Shown here piece by piece: positions 18,029-28,416 of a DNA stretch of 56,064 bases (positions are counted from its first letter, which is position 1; each line of letters begins with the position of its first letter). The stretch covers positions 1-56,064 of IMG/VR virus record IMGVR_UViG_3300024500_000038; one strand, 5' to 3'. The stretch is from a virus (taxonomy: Duplodnaviria; Caudoviricetes). The notes under the pieces were generated by a model. It saw only the letters and a program-made list of their open reading frames with translations. It searched no databases and had not been told where the DNA came from. A program made the translations under genes and the position numbers.

Positions 18029-19843
18029 TTACAGGTCTTTAAACTTTGGTGTACCTACAGGCTTCACTGGTTTAGTAGGTTTAGGTCTCGGTCCACCTGT
18101 AGGTTTTGTCGGTTTAGGCTGACCACCGCCGCCAGTGATCTTCACTGGTTTGACATCAGGTCCAACACGTCCGGTGAACCCGGGCATGAATCCACCGCCA
18201 CCACCGAAGGCACCCGCCGAATCTGGTTGTCGCCCCTGTCCAAAGTTACCACTACGTATGATGTCTTGGATGTAAGGTAAAGCATCTGGACTCAATCCTG
18301 GCTGAGTACCAAGGAACTGAGCAACTGGTAGCGGCGCAGATGAACCAAAGTTCATACTTGTGTAAGGCGTATTAATTATCTTGTTTGCGGCGGCTAACGC
18401 AGCTATTGCTTGTGGATTACCCGGATCCCAGGATAGACGCTCTTTGGCTTTCTCCGCAGATGCTATAGCATTTGCCACATTGACCATTGCGACCTGTGGG
18501 TTTCCAGTAGTTTCTTTAACCCATCGATCGACCTGATTGTAAAGCTCGCCAACGTCCTCGGATACTTTAAGTATTCTTGCGGCTTCTTCTTTATTGCCGG
18601 CTTTCATTGCAGCCGCATACGCACCAGCATTATTACTTTGTGTCAAACGCAAGTTACCAAGAGTCTGTTGTGCTTGTTGCACAATAGATGCCTGGTTCAT
18701 ATCCTGACGCTCGCTGAACTCACGTTCTTTTAAATCCTGACCAACGTTAAAACGACGCATGCGACCAGCTTCAGCATTGGCAGCAATTTGTGCAGACAGA
18801 TTACGGACAGCAATAGCTGCTTGCTTCAATTGCATCTCAACTGGTTTGAACGCGTTAGATAACTTAAGGCCAACTATCTTCTGTTCCAACAATGCGAGTC
18901 TTGGTGTAAGCGTCGATTTCAAATCAACAGCACGCTGCCTTGAAAGGTCAGTAGCGGCTCGCTGCTGGTCAATCTTTGCACGCGTCTGTTCACGCATGCC
19001 GTACGTAGCTGTCAGAGGAATCTGCCCCTGTTGTGCTTCTCGCTCACCGAACGCAACAACATCCTTTGGAACTTGTGTAGTTGGCTTACGGAAGCGCGAA
19101 TCAGGAACGCCACGCATGTTGTACGCAGCCACACCAAGGTCACGTTGGTCTTGTGGCAAAGCATCCACGTTAGGTGGGCCATACAAACCAACCATTCCCT
19201 GCTGTGCTGGGTTTAGTGTTTTACGCTCAAATGTCTCGAAACGTCCGGTCTGCGGGTTGAACTCAGCACCCGATGTCATACCCATGACGCCAGGGAATTC
19301 CTTTGCTGCCTTGTCGAGAGGCATGAGACCCTCGATAGCACCACGACCTTGCCCTTGATCGACTACTGCACCGGGTACGTTCCCAATTGTGTATTGACCA
19401 GCAATCTGCTCACCAGGCATAGGAACCATTCCGGCAATCTGCTCCGCCTTTAGACCATATGGTCTTGATTCAGGGTCATACCCTAGAGCTTGCTGTAATG
19501 AATTACGCAAAGCCGCAACGTTAGTCTTGATACTGTCTTCGTCAAGACCTTCCCACTCTTTGCGGTATTTGTTGATTTCACCAAGCGCGCTACTCAGTGC
19601 GTTCTGATTAAGGCTTGCGTATCTGTAATCACGATCGGCAGCAGCATCTTCACGCTTAAGCCTATTCTCATTAAGCATAGCCTGAAGTTTTGCGGCTTCA
19701 ATGGCGTTGCGGGAGCGATCAGACTTAATGCGTTGCATATTGGTCATCGTAGAGATGCGCTCGCGACGACCTTGATTTATAGCGTTTAGGTAACCGCTAC
19801 CAATGCCTTTAAAAACACTTGCTAGTCCTGATGATACTGCCAT
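18029..19843 (-). CDS. putative internal virion / ejection protein
   Basis: 604 aa, Gln/Ala/Gly-rich, Cys-free, between nozzle and giant protein. Confidence 0.6.
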   Translation of the reverse strand: MAVSSGLASVFKGIGSGYLNAINQGRRERISTMTNMQRIKSDRSRNAIEAAKLQAMLNENRLKREDAAADRDYRYASLNQNALSSALGEINKYRKEWEGLDEDSIKTNVAALRNSLQQALGYDPESRPYGLKAEQIAGMVPMPGEQIAGQYTIGNVPGAVVDQGQGRGAIEGLMPLDKAAKEFPGVMGMTSGAEFNPQTGRFETFERKTLNPAQQGMVGLYGPPNVDALPQDQRDLGVAAYNMRGVPDSRFRKPTTQVPKDVVAFGEREAQQGQIPLTATYGMREQTRAKIDQQRAATDLSRQRAVDLKSTLTPRLALLEQKIVGLKLSNAFKPVEMQLKQAAIAVRNLSAQIAANAEAGRMRRFNVGQDLKEREFSERQDMNQASIVQQAQQTLGNLRLTQSNNAGAYAAAMKAGNKEEAARILKVSEDVGELYNQVDRWVKETTGNPQVAMVNVANAIASAEKAKERLSWDPGNPQAIAALAAANKIINTPYTSMNFGSSAPLPVAQFLGTQPGLSPDALPYIQDIIRSGNFGQGRQPDSAGAFGGGGGFMPGFTGRVGPDVKPVKITGGGGQPKPTKPTGGPRPKPTKPVKPVGTPKFKDL

Positions 19844-19847
19844 GTCA

Positions 19848-21161
19848 TTACAACCTTATCTGCTCAATAGAACCAATACCACGATTAGCATCAATAGGTG
19901 GAAGGAAACCACCAGCCAATGGCATTTGTCCTAGTGATGGCCTACGACGACTAAATTGAGGCATAGATACTCCAGGTTCCTGACCGAAACCAATGCCATT
20001 AAGATCTATTGGATGGGTACGAATAGGAGCCATTCCAGGATCAGCACCGGTTACACCGTAACCTCTTGCCGGAATATTAAACGGTGGAAGAATCTGGTCT
20101 ATAGGAACTGGTGGGTTAAACCCGTCACCCATAGGTTCAATGTCATCGGCCGATTTATCACCGTACATATCCATGAAACGGTTCATGTCACGGCGGCTTT
20201 GTTCCATACCCATTGCCGTACCGGCTAGGTTTGCAATGCCACCCATTGCCATGGCCTCACGATCACGGTTAGCCTGGCTAATAGCCTGATTCTGTCGTTG
20301 CTCAGCAGAGTTCATGTTGTACAAGTTTTGGTCCACATTGAACATGCCTTGCCGACCAGTGTTTACATAGCGGTCGCCGCGATTGATCTGATTACCAATC
20401 GCACCTTGTAGTTGACCAATGAGTTGAGGTTGCATCGCAAGGTTACGCCCGGCGAGGTCGTAAGCACCTTGCGCCATACCACTGACGGCAGCTTGGTTGA
20501 TACCACCATAGCCAGACAATGCCTGTCCGCCACCAATCATTCCGCCTGTCGCACGCATACGTGATTCGGCAGCGCGGCGTGCGGCTTCGGTGCCTGCGGC
20601 AGCACCTGCCATCTGCGTCGTACCGTAACTAGAACTAAGGCCACGATTCGAAAGGTCTTGTAGACGCCCGATGGTTTCTTCCATCATCGGGTTATAACGG
20701 TCAAGCATTGACTGACCAGTGCCGATGTCGGCACCGTATGCGCCACGCATATTTGCTATATTGGCTTTTGCCTCACCCATCGCTATCTGTTCTGGGCTAG
20801 GTCCACGATTGCCGCCACCAAACAATGTCCTACCTAGAGATGATATTCCTTTGGATAGGAATGGCAAAGCGGCCATGCCAAGCTGTACTGCATTAACTCC
20901 AGGAATAGCCATCCCAAGAGCCTTCATTCCAGCTCCGCCTAATGCTTGGCGTAGAGCGTATTGTCCAAGCTGACCTGTCCCGCCAAAGTTATTTCCAAAC
21001 GCTTGATTTAAAAGATACTGTGGACCAATCTGCCTAGCAGTACTACCGAGCATGCCAAGTAGACCGTTAGGTTGCCCCATTGCCGCCTGTCCTGCACGTA
21101 TACGTCGGGCTAAGTCTGGAAACTGTTGCTCAACTGTGCTATCTGGTCCATTTGTACTCAT
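19848..21161 (-). CDS. putative internal virion / ejection protein
   Basis: Gly/Met/Ala-rich with hydrophobic segments; ATG 21161 overlaps upstream stop. Confidence 0.6.
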   Translation of the reverse strand: MSTNGPDSTVEQQFPDLARRIRAGQAAMGQPNGLLGMLGSTARQIGPQYLLNQAFGNNFGGTGQLGQYALRQALGGAGMKALGMAIPGVNAVQLGMAALPFLSKGISSLGRTLFGGGNRGPSPEQIAMGEAKANIANMRGAYGADIGTGQSMLDRYNPMMEETIGRLQDLSNRGLSSSYGTTQMAGAAAGTEAARRAAESRMRATGGMIGGGQALSGYGGINQAAVSGMAQGAYDLAGRNLAMQPQLIGQLQGAIGNQINRGDRYVNTGRQGMFNVDQNLYNMNSAEQRQNQAISQANRDREAMAMGGIANLAGTAMGMEQSRRDMNRFMDMYGDKSADDIEPMGDGFNPPVPIDQILPPFNIPARGYGVTGADPGMAPIRTHPIDLNGIGFGQEPGVSMPQFSRRRPSLGQMPLAGGFLPPIDANRGIGSIEQIRL

Positions 21162-21550
21162 TACGCCACCTTCAACCAACCACTGGTTGTCCCTATAGTT
21201 ACTCCGATAAACATTACTGTTGCGTACCTCGTTGCGAGACTACTGAAACCTGCTGGCGCAAAGACACTTTCTCCAGAAATAGGAGTAAAAGTCACGGCGT
21301 TAGCCGAAGTATCTGTCTTCACCACAACTAGCAGTTTACCGCCAGCAGCCCTACCGGAAGGTAACGTAAGCACTACGGCGCCACTTGTAGCGTCAACCGC
21401 AACTAAGCTGTTGTAATCAACCAAAGTCTTGCTTGCTGTTACATTCAGTTGCCTAGATAACGTAAAGCTGTAGTTCTCAGGGGCAACACCTACGGTCAAT
21501 GTTGTGCTTGCCGTATCTCCAGATGAACCACCTACTAGTACTGAACTCAT
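21161..21550 (-). CDS. small tail-associated protein
   Basis: VDATSGAVVLTLP...VKTDTSANAVT beta-rich motif common in tail proteins. Confidence 0.55.
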   Translation of the reverse strand: MSSVLVGGSSGDTASTTLTVGVAPENYSFTLSRQLNVTASKTLVDYNSLVAVDATSGAVVLTLPSGRAAGGKLLVVVKTDTSANAVTFTPISGESVFAPAGFSSLATRYATVMFIGVTIGTTSGWLKVA

Positions 21551-24500
21551 ACTCTTGGAATCCTCGCATCTGAAGAATGCACATGGGTGGCATATATTAC
21601 TCCGGGCGTGCGGCCGGATCCGGAAAGACTAATTTGCACACATTGTGAAAATACATCGCGATACACATCACGCAAAGCGATTGTCTTGTTTTGCCCCCCA
21701 GTAAATGTGAAAGAACTAGGTGTAGCGGCTGGACTAAAGATGCCATCAGATGACACTGATTGAATGTTGTAGTTCACTGTGTGGTCAACCAGATGTACAA
21801 AAGCACCATCATTTGAAAAGCCAGGATTTGCAACCTCAGCTCCACCCACAGTTGTCGATATCCTAAACTTATTCTTAGTCAAACCCGTGGCAAGCACGTA
21901 GTAGTTAGTGCCAGTGGTTACGACGCCTGACGTTCGCGTGAAACGTATGAGGTCGCCGGCCTGGAGATCTTGCGTGGCGAAGAAGTCGTTGCCAGTAGAA
22001 GGTTGCGTGTACTTAAACGACTTAGCCTTTGACTCATAATGGACATTAACCTGACTTACCCTGTTGAGGTTATAGTAAGCAATACCCTCGCTGTATGTCT
22101 GCCCGTACTGCCTTGTAGTCAATGTCCAGTTAATAGGTGTAGGATTGGATGTCGGATACAGAATGCGATCAGCAGTGCCAACTAGTTTGTATATCTGGCC
22201 AAACTCTGTGCCTATATACATTGTCGAGGTATCTTCACCGCCGGTCAAAGCAGCCGCAGCGGTAAAACCTGTGGTCGTAGACGTAAGCTCCGGAGCTAAC
22301 CATCGAGTCCAACCGCCTGTTCTAAGATCGTAAACGTATGCCGCAGAGTTCAGTGTGTCATATGTGGTCGGTGCAAACACAAATAATCGCATATCGTGTG
22401 CAAAGAACGCAATGTTCTTGAAAGGCGCCGCGGCGAGGTCGGCACTATTCATACTACTGTTCATACTGAGAAGCTTTCGCAATTGAATACTCTTGTTCTC
22501 AGGAACACCATTATTGAACTCTAGAACACCTTGCGGTGACATCCACATAAGACGTCCGAATAGACTTATCGTGCCGCGCGGTGATACGCATCCAACAGAT
22601 GGTTCTCGAAGCATTGACTGAATAGTAAAGTTTGTTGGATCAAAGCCAAGTACAGGTAGTACAGAATTTTCCCTTAGTACTAGAAGGACTGCGCTTGTAG
22701 TATTGTTGACGAACATCCCGTCACCTGCATAACTGAGCAGGGCTGTAATCTTTTCGTTGTCATACTTACTACTGACAGTGAACGACGTACCCTTCGTAAA
22801 GATATTAGGATCGGATTGATCAGGGACTAACGTCGTGTATACAGGCGCCTCATTGATACCGTTAAGCATCCACGTCGCATACACGGTGTTATCCTTGGCT
22901 AGGAACAATCGACGTGAATGTTCTGTTATTGCAGTACAACCAATTGGGACGATGTCACGACCACTCTCAAATGGGTACCCGGGTTCATAAGGGCCAGCCT
23001 CATAAAGGATGTCAGCATCCGGGACTCGATCTATAAACTTGATACGTTTAAAGGCAGACCCTGCAGTAACCGACGTGTATTCGGCACGCCAGTTTTTACC
23101 AATAGTAGCCGAGACTGCATCAGATGGTATTACTGCAATAAGCCGCAGGCGTCCATCCGGAAATACACCCTGGCCTCTACGATAGATACATATCCAGCTG
23201 TACTCAAGACCAGAATAGGCGCAAGTATGCTGGACCCATATAGGAAACGGCGCACTGGTTACAGACTTTATCGGGAATGTAAGTGTTGTTGGTACATAGG
23301 CAGTCACAGCAACGGTACGCGTAGTCCCAGTAGTGTCAACGTAGACCACAGAACCAGTTGCAGAGGAGACTACACGTTTCTGGTCAAGTGCTGGAACAGT
23401 GTTTGTAAAGTCCTGACCAACAGGGGTAGCTGCAACAATTTCAGTGGTGTCATATCTCAGATCAAGGTTATTGTTGTTACTGTCTGCTGGATTCAGTATT
23501 AACTCAGCCATACTCATAGCTGCGGTAGTCGTGACACTCTTACTTGGCAGACTTGGAAGTGATTCAACACCCTGAGCGTAAACTTCGTTTTCAATGTAGT
23601 ACGGTGGGCGTTCTACGCCACCCTCAGTCTTCCATCGAGTGAATACGTATTCGTACGTCACGTCAGGCGTCAATCCACCATCAGTTGTAAGTTGTCCTAT
23701 GGACATCAAGACTGTGTCATGCGTTGTATCAAAGTCTTGCTCAAGTCTGACGTAAACAGATGCAACGTTGTTTCGGTTGGCCTGGGATATACCAAAGATA
23801 TTCCAAGACATGTATCCATACTTAGGATCGTAAATGCCGTACCCTGTCCAGTTGATCGTACTAGATCCGGTATTCTTGATGCCTAGTGACATGTAAGGCG
23901 GGTTTGCTCTATATGCTTCTGGAAACTCCACTTGCAGGCTGACGGTGTCGCGATTACTTAGATCCGTAACAGCCAGGTTACTTATACGAACAGCAACACC
24001 TTTGACGTAACCTGCTCGTAGAGGAGCCAGCGATGTAGTCTGCTGGCGGGTGCGAATTTGTACTAACCCAGATGCGTTAGTTACTTCTGAGTTAGGCGCT
24101 AAATTACTGAGAATTGGATGCAATGCAATATTGTCTACTAGGATTCCACGACTATCTCCAGTCGTAGATTGTGCTGCATTAGCGGTCTGAAGCTTAATAC
24201 GTATTTGAGTCAACGTCCCACGGAATGCACGGAAGTCTATGAATAGACTGATCTCTTTCCAGTCGGTGACGCTCTGTGCAACAGTAGGCTGGACAATTTG
24301 TGTAAACACACATCCGACAATAGGGTTACCACCAGAATCTAATCCTGTGACTGTTACAAATACGCCATGGTTACGACGACTATCCAGTGAGTCGTTGTTG
24401 TACATCAAGCAACGCAAGCTGTACATTCCAATCTTATACGTAGTGCCGTCGTACGTATACGTCGGCGCTGTCATTGTCTTTTGAATCCAGTCGCCGCCAG

Positions 24501-25329
24501 CGTCAAGCAGTAATGCCTTATTACCAGTCTGGGAGGCGTAGTTAGATATCTTTTCTGCCCCACTCAATGCCGCATCAATAAGTGTGTACTGTTTTACGGT
24601 AGCCAGGCCGGCTCCACTATTCTGCCAAACTGTAGCATTAGGCACAGCATTATCGGTGTCGGATTCAAACGTGTAACCTTCCGACGTAGCGGTAGCCGTA
24701 ATCATCTCGTATGAAGCAGCTAACGAACTGAAAGCCATGCCAAAGGTTGTCGCAGCTGAATCGTTATCGATGTCAGATGCGCCTGTTATTCCTTTAGCCT
24801 CATATGTCTTTACGTTGGCAACAGGCTGTATATGATCTTTACCATTGATCATAGGTGCCTTAGGCATGAACACTTGTGTAACATTGGTGCCGTTGTACTT
24901 CCATATAGTCCCACCACTAGCACCAGGAATTCCGTATATGTACTTACCGTGCTGGACCATTCGTGAGTCTTGTGGGTATCCGTTAACTACAGTCAATGGT
25001 GTCAAAGCTGTAGCCCCATCAGACCACTCACTGATCGATGTAGTTGGAACAGTAGGGTCACCGCTAATAACCAGTATTTTTGATGCTACATTGGACGACT
25101 GTCTGTATTGCAGCATGTTGTGAATAGGATCACTTGGGCTAGTCAATTGCGCGTGCATACCAGGCCTGGTCGTCAAAGCACCACCATCGTTCCATAGGTT
25201 GTCTGCTACCTGTACATAACCATCCTGCAACCTATTTGGCGTCGTGTTAGTATCGATGCCAATAAACTGACGATCGCCAAACGTATATGTTTGACGCACA
25301 GCTTGTGCGTTACGTGTTGTATCTGCCAT
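21547..25329 (-). CDS. tail nozzle / tubular protein B-like with large insertions
   Basis: N-terminal FIGIDT...ADNLW..GALTTRPG; propeller-like GCVSPRGT and AYVYDLRTGGWTRW; position. Confidence 0.7.
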   Translation of the reverse strand: MADTTRNAQAVRQTYTFGDRQFIGIDTNTTPNRLQDGYVQVADNLWNDGGALTTRPGMHAQLTSPSDPIHNMLQYRQSSNVASKILVISGDPTVPTTSISEWSDGATALTPLTVVNGYPQDSRMVQHGKYIYGIPGASGGTIWKYNGTNVTQVFMPKAPMINGKDHIQPVANVKTYEAKGITGASDIDNDSAATTFGMAFSSLAASYEMITATATSEGYTFESDTDNAVPNATVWQNSGAGLATVKQYTLIDAALSGAEKISNYASQTGNKALLLDAGGDWIQKTMTAPTYTYDGTTYKIGMYSLRCLMYNNDSLDSRRNHGVFVTVTGLDSGGNPIVGCVFTQIVQPTVAQSVTDWKEISLFIDFRAFRGTLTQIRIKLQTANAAQSTTGDSRGILVDNIALHPILSNLAPNSEVTNASGLVQIRTRQQTTSLAPLRAGYVKGVAVRISNLAVTDLSNRDTVSLQVEFPEAYRANPPYMSLGIKNTGSSTINWTGYGIYDPKYGYMSWNIFGISQANRNNVASVYVRLEQDFDTTHDTVLMSIGQLTTDGGLTPDVTYEYVFTRWKTEGGVERPPYYIENEVYAQGVESLPSLPSKSVTTTAAMSMAELILNPADSNNNNLDLRYDTTEIVAATPVGQDFTNTVPALDQKRVVSSATGSVVYVDTTGTTRTVAVTAYVPTTLTFPIKSVTSAPFPIWVQHTCAYSGLEYSWICIYRRGQGVFPDGRLRLIAVIPSDAVSATIGKNWRAEYTSVTAGSAFKRIKFIDRVPDADILYEAGPYEPGYPFESGRDIVPIGCTAITEHSRRLFLAKDNTVYATWMLNGINEAPVYTTLVPDQSDPNIFTKGTSFTVSSKYDNEKITALLSYAGDGMFVNNTTSAVLLVLRENSVLPVLGFDPTNFTIQSMLREPSVGCVSPRGTISLFGRLMWMSPQGVLEFNNGVPENKSIQLRKLLSMNSSMNSADLAAAPFKNIAFFAHDMRLFVFAPTTYDTLNSAAYVYDLRTGGWTRWLAPELTSTTTGFTAAAALTGGEDTSTMYIGTEFGQIYKLVGTADRILYPTSNPTPINWTLTTRQYGQTYSEGIAYYNLNRVSQVNVHYESKAKSFKYTQPSTGNDFFATQDLQAGDLIRFTRTSGVVTTGTNYYVLATGLTKNKFRISTTVGGAEVANPGFSNDGAFVHLVDHTVNYNIQSVSSDGIFSPAATPSSFTFTGGQNKTIALRDVYRDVFSQCVQISLSGSGRTPGVIYATHVHSSDARIPRV

Positions 25330-26966
25330 TAGTCACAAGGTCCTCGGTTCCATTGTATTGCACTAGGTGGTTCCTGTTTGTACACGGGCAATGGCAGCTG
25401 ATTGTTGGTGTAGTTACATGAAACGTTATTTGCTACCGTATATACGTTTACTGGTTGATTATTACCAAGTATGTGTAATCTAAACACTGGCAGCGTATAA
25501 GGTAATACATAAAGACCTCTAGTTAAATTACCGTCCGGTAGCCAGTTATCGACGAGTGTTCCATTACTTGTAAACAAGTATGCTAATGTCTGTGGTTGCT
25601 TGAATGCAGATGATAGTGTGCCAAGTTTAGAGAAAGCATTGACGATAGTCTGTTCAACATTGTATGTCGGTACAACACATGTGTTGACTGTCCAATTACA
25701 GGTATTAGCATCAAACGGTATAGCCAGGTCATATATTCGATATACAGGAATAGTAAACGGGAATGGGTACGCTTGTTGGCTTACGCCATATCCATTTTGT
25801 ATCCAACCACATATAGTCTCATCAATGATCTGCCAAGGAGGACAAGTGCAAAGTTCTATGCCTCCGGACGTTGCATTGGCATTGATAGTGGCAATACCAG
25901 TAATGCTTGACGCACTAGACAAAACACATTGCCCAGTACTAGTAATAGACGCTACGCCGGTTATGCTTGAGGTGACTTGTTTCTCACAAGTACCCACGAC
26001 AACTATAGATCCAACACCTGTAATTGATGAGCTTACTTGTACTTCTTTTGTAAACGTACCAGTAACGGATGCTGTGCCTACAAGGCTTGATGAACCACGT
26101 TTTTCAGTGACACCATCCGCCGATATGGAAGCAACGCCAGTAACATTCGCTGCACCGTTTACAACACCACCAATGACGGCATTTGCTGTAACTGTTGCTA
26201 TACCACTAATACTAGCCGTGGCTCGTTTTTCAACAACGCCTACGGATGTTATCGATGCAACACCAGATACATTGGCTGTAGCCGTTACAATGCCGGAGAT
26301 TATTGCATCTGCATTGACTGTTGCAACGCCTGATATTGATGACGTGGCTCGTTTTTCAACTAGACCAGCGGATGTTATTGAAGCAACACCACTTAGTGAA
26401 CCGGTTCCGAGTTTCTCAACAACACCCGCACTAGCAACGGTTGCGATACCGGTAAGTGAACTACTCCCTAGTTTTTCAACAACACCTGTCGATGTTATTG
26501 ATCCAATGCCTGTAAGAGAACTGCTTCCTAGTTTCTCAACAATACCCGCGCTGGCAACTGTTGCAACACCATTGATACTTGCTGTCGCATTGACAACTCC
26601 AACAATGGATCCATTGGCTGTAACGGTTGCAATACCAGATAGTGACGATGTTGCTAGTTTTTCAACAACACCTGCACTAGTGATGGAAGCAATACCACTT
26701 AGTGAACTGCTGCCTCGTTTTTCAACGATAGCGGACGATGTAATGGTGGCAACACCAGTAAGTGATGATGCGCCTAACTTATCTACTTGACCGGCTGATA
26801 CTACTGTTGCAACACCAGAAGGATTAGATGTTGCTCGTTTTTCTACTAGACCTGCTGACGTAACAGCAGCCAGTGCAACAAGTGACGCACTGGCTGATAT
26901 GACCCCGGCGGTACTACCTTTACCAAAGGCCCATTTACCCCACCAGGAAATATAACCGTCAGCCAT
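25329..26966 (-). CDS. repeat-containing tail fiber-like protein
   Basis: More than 15 imperfect 19-21 aa repeats (GVATVASAGVVEKLGSSSLT-type). Confidence 0.65.
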   Translation of the reverse strand: MADGYISWWGKWAFGKGSTAGVISASASLVALAAVTSAGLVEKRATSNPSGVATVVSAGQVDKLGASSLTGVATITSSAIVEKRGSSSLSGIASITSAGVVEKLATSSLSGIATVTANGSIVGVVNATASINGVATVASAGIVEKLGSSSLTGIGSITSTGVVEKLGSSSLTGIATVASAGVVEKLGTGSLSGVASITSAGLVEKRATSSISGVATVNADAIISGIVTATANVSGVASITSVGVVEKRATASISGIATVTANAVIGGVVNGAANVTGVASISADGVTEKRGSSSLVGTASVTGTFTKEVQVSSSITGVGSIVVVGTCEKQVTSSITGVASITSTGQCVLSSASSITGIATINANATSGGIELCTCPPWQIIDETICGWIQNGYGVSQQAYPFPFTIPVYRIYDLAIPFDANTCNWTVNTCVVPTYNVEQTIVNAFSKLGTLSSAFKQPQTLAYLFTSNGTLVDNWLPDGNLTRGLYVLPYTLPVFRLHILGNNQPVNVYTVANNVSCNYTNNQLPLPVYKQEPPSAIQWNRGPCD

Positions 26967-27388
26967 TAGGTCACACTAATAGTTAGGTTGCTTGCTAAAA
27001 ATTTAAATACGTCACCAGATGCAACAACTCTCGGAGTCGTTAATGCTCCACCGAATAAAAAGTTACCAGCACTTACAGCATTCCATATACCAACGTGTGT
27101 AACTCCGGGAGACGAAGCACTCCATGTGACAGTACCTGACGCAGGAAAAACAATTTCGTTAGTATTGGTTGCACTTGCTGTGCCACCAGTAGTTTTAGTC
27201 CAACCTGCTGACGTAACAGGAATACGAGCGTAGTTACCACCAGTGACTTCATTTGCACCTGTATCTGCTGGGTCTGCGGTATGCAGTGATACCCATACAG
27301 TTCCTGTAGTAGGCAGTGTAGCAAACGTGGCGCCTGAAAACGCCCATCCAATAATCTGGTCTTCCAAGTAGTTTGAGAATGCTGACAT
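26966..27388 (-). CDS. tail-associated structural protein
   Basis: MSAFSNYLE...WVSLHTADP...EVTGGNYAR...THVGIW pattern of a widespread phage structural family. Confidence 0.7.
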   Translation of the reverse strand: MSAFSNYLEDQIIGWAFSGATFATLPTTGTVWVSLHTADPADTGANEVTGGNYARIPVTSAGWTKTTGGTASATNTNEIVFPASGTVTWSASSPGVTHVGIWNAVSAGNFLFGGALTTPRVVASGDVFKFLASNLTISVT

Positions 27389-27396
27389 AATTCCTC

Positions 27397-28416
27397 CTAT
27401 GTAGGATCTATACTTATTATAGGGTTAGCCGATGGATCAGAACCGACAGTAGCAGTCCAAGCAGCCGCTGTGTCATCTTCCTGATAAACAGTCAATGTCC
27501 CCGACGCAATGACTGATTTGTTACGAATAGCTCTCATGGCTGAAAGCACGTCACGTCCAGTTACTTTAGTGGCAGTAAATGCACCAGTTGACGAAGTACC
27601 ATTTGCTAATCCACCTTGCGTAAGAGCAAGTTGGAATGTGGTAGATGAAAGGTTAGTCGATACAACCCAATAAACAGTTCCTATTACAAAGTTATTTGGA
27701 GCAGTGCCTACGAATGTAACTCTGTCATCGACCACTAATGTGTTAGATGCTTGAAATACGTTAGCCACAATAGACGTGATTGCAATATTGTTAACTGCAC
27801 CGGCTGAAGCCAAACTGCGAGTTAGTAATCCATCTGCAATTTTGTCTATTGCTGATGTTGCAAATTCTGCGGCTGTAAACGCATCAGTAGCAATTGAAGC
27901 CGCAGTAATTCCACCAGTTGCTATCGATCCTACGGAACCAGTAACATTACCAGTAATATTGCCTGTGACGTTAAACGTCTGTGTACCAGACAGTGAGTAG
28001 CCAGTCTTGTCGTTGTTAGTCGCAACAATGACTTGTCCAGTTGCACTCGCGTCTAGTGTACGACCAGCTGTGGTTGGATATAAATAGGCTTGATCACGCA
28101 TTGTAAAACGTCCAACACATGACCCTACAACGCTAACAGAATCAACTGTTCCAGTTGTAATAACGCATTCGTACGATGAACCGTCAACGTAAAATGCACC
28201 AGTGGTGGCTATAGAAACAAAGTTAAGTCCTGTAACGCCATCGTAGTTCGTAGTCAATGTAACACCCGCAGTGTCTTGTGTAAGGTTATTGTCCTTATAT
28301 ACAGACACAACGGGCGTTCCTGCTAAAAGAAACGGCGCACCAGTTGATGGTCTATATGTCGTAAACATAAAAGTAATTGTGTCATTCTTACTGAAGTCAC
28401 CAATATATTTACTCAT
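27397..28416 (-). CDS. tail appendage/adaptor protein, paralog of 29758-30750
   Basis: Shared C-terminus SAMRAIRNK..ASG.LTV..EDD..AAWTA...DPT. Confidence 0.6.
   Translation of the reverse strand: MSKYIGDFSKNDTITFMFTTYRPSTGAPFLLAGTPVVSVYKDNNLTQDTAGVTLTTNYDGVTGLNFVSIATTGAFYVDGSSYECVITTGTVDSVSVVGSCVGRFTMRDQAYLYPTTAGRTLDASATGQVIVATNNDKTGYSLSGTQTFNVTGNITGNVTGSVGSIATGGITAASIATDAFTAAEFATSAIDKIADGLLTRSLASAGAVNNIAITSIVANVFQASNTLVVDDRVTFVGTAPNNFVIGTVYWVVSTNLSSTTFQLALTQGGLANGTSSTGAFTATKVTGRDVLSAMRAIRNKSVIASGTLTVYQEDDTAAAWTATVGSDPSANPIISIDPT

Noticed and set aside
25600-26790. 396-aa + strand ORF, and other long antisense ORFs such as 14058-14732, 18759-19358, 42990-43613, 6891-7469
   Set aside because: Shadow frames of real genes, explained by codon bias and repeats; no SD or recognisable motifs.
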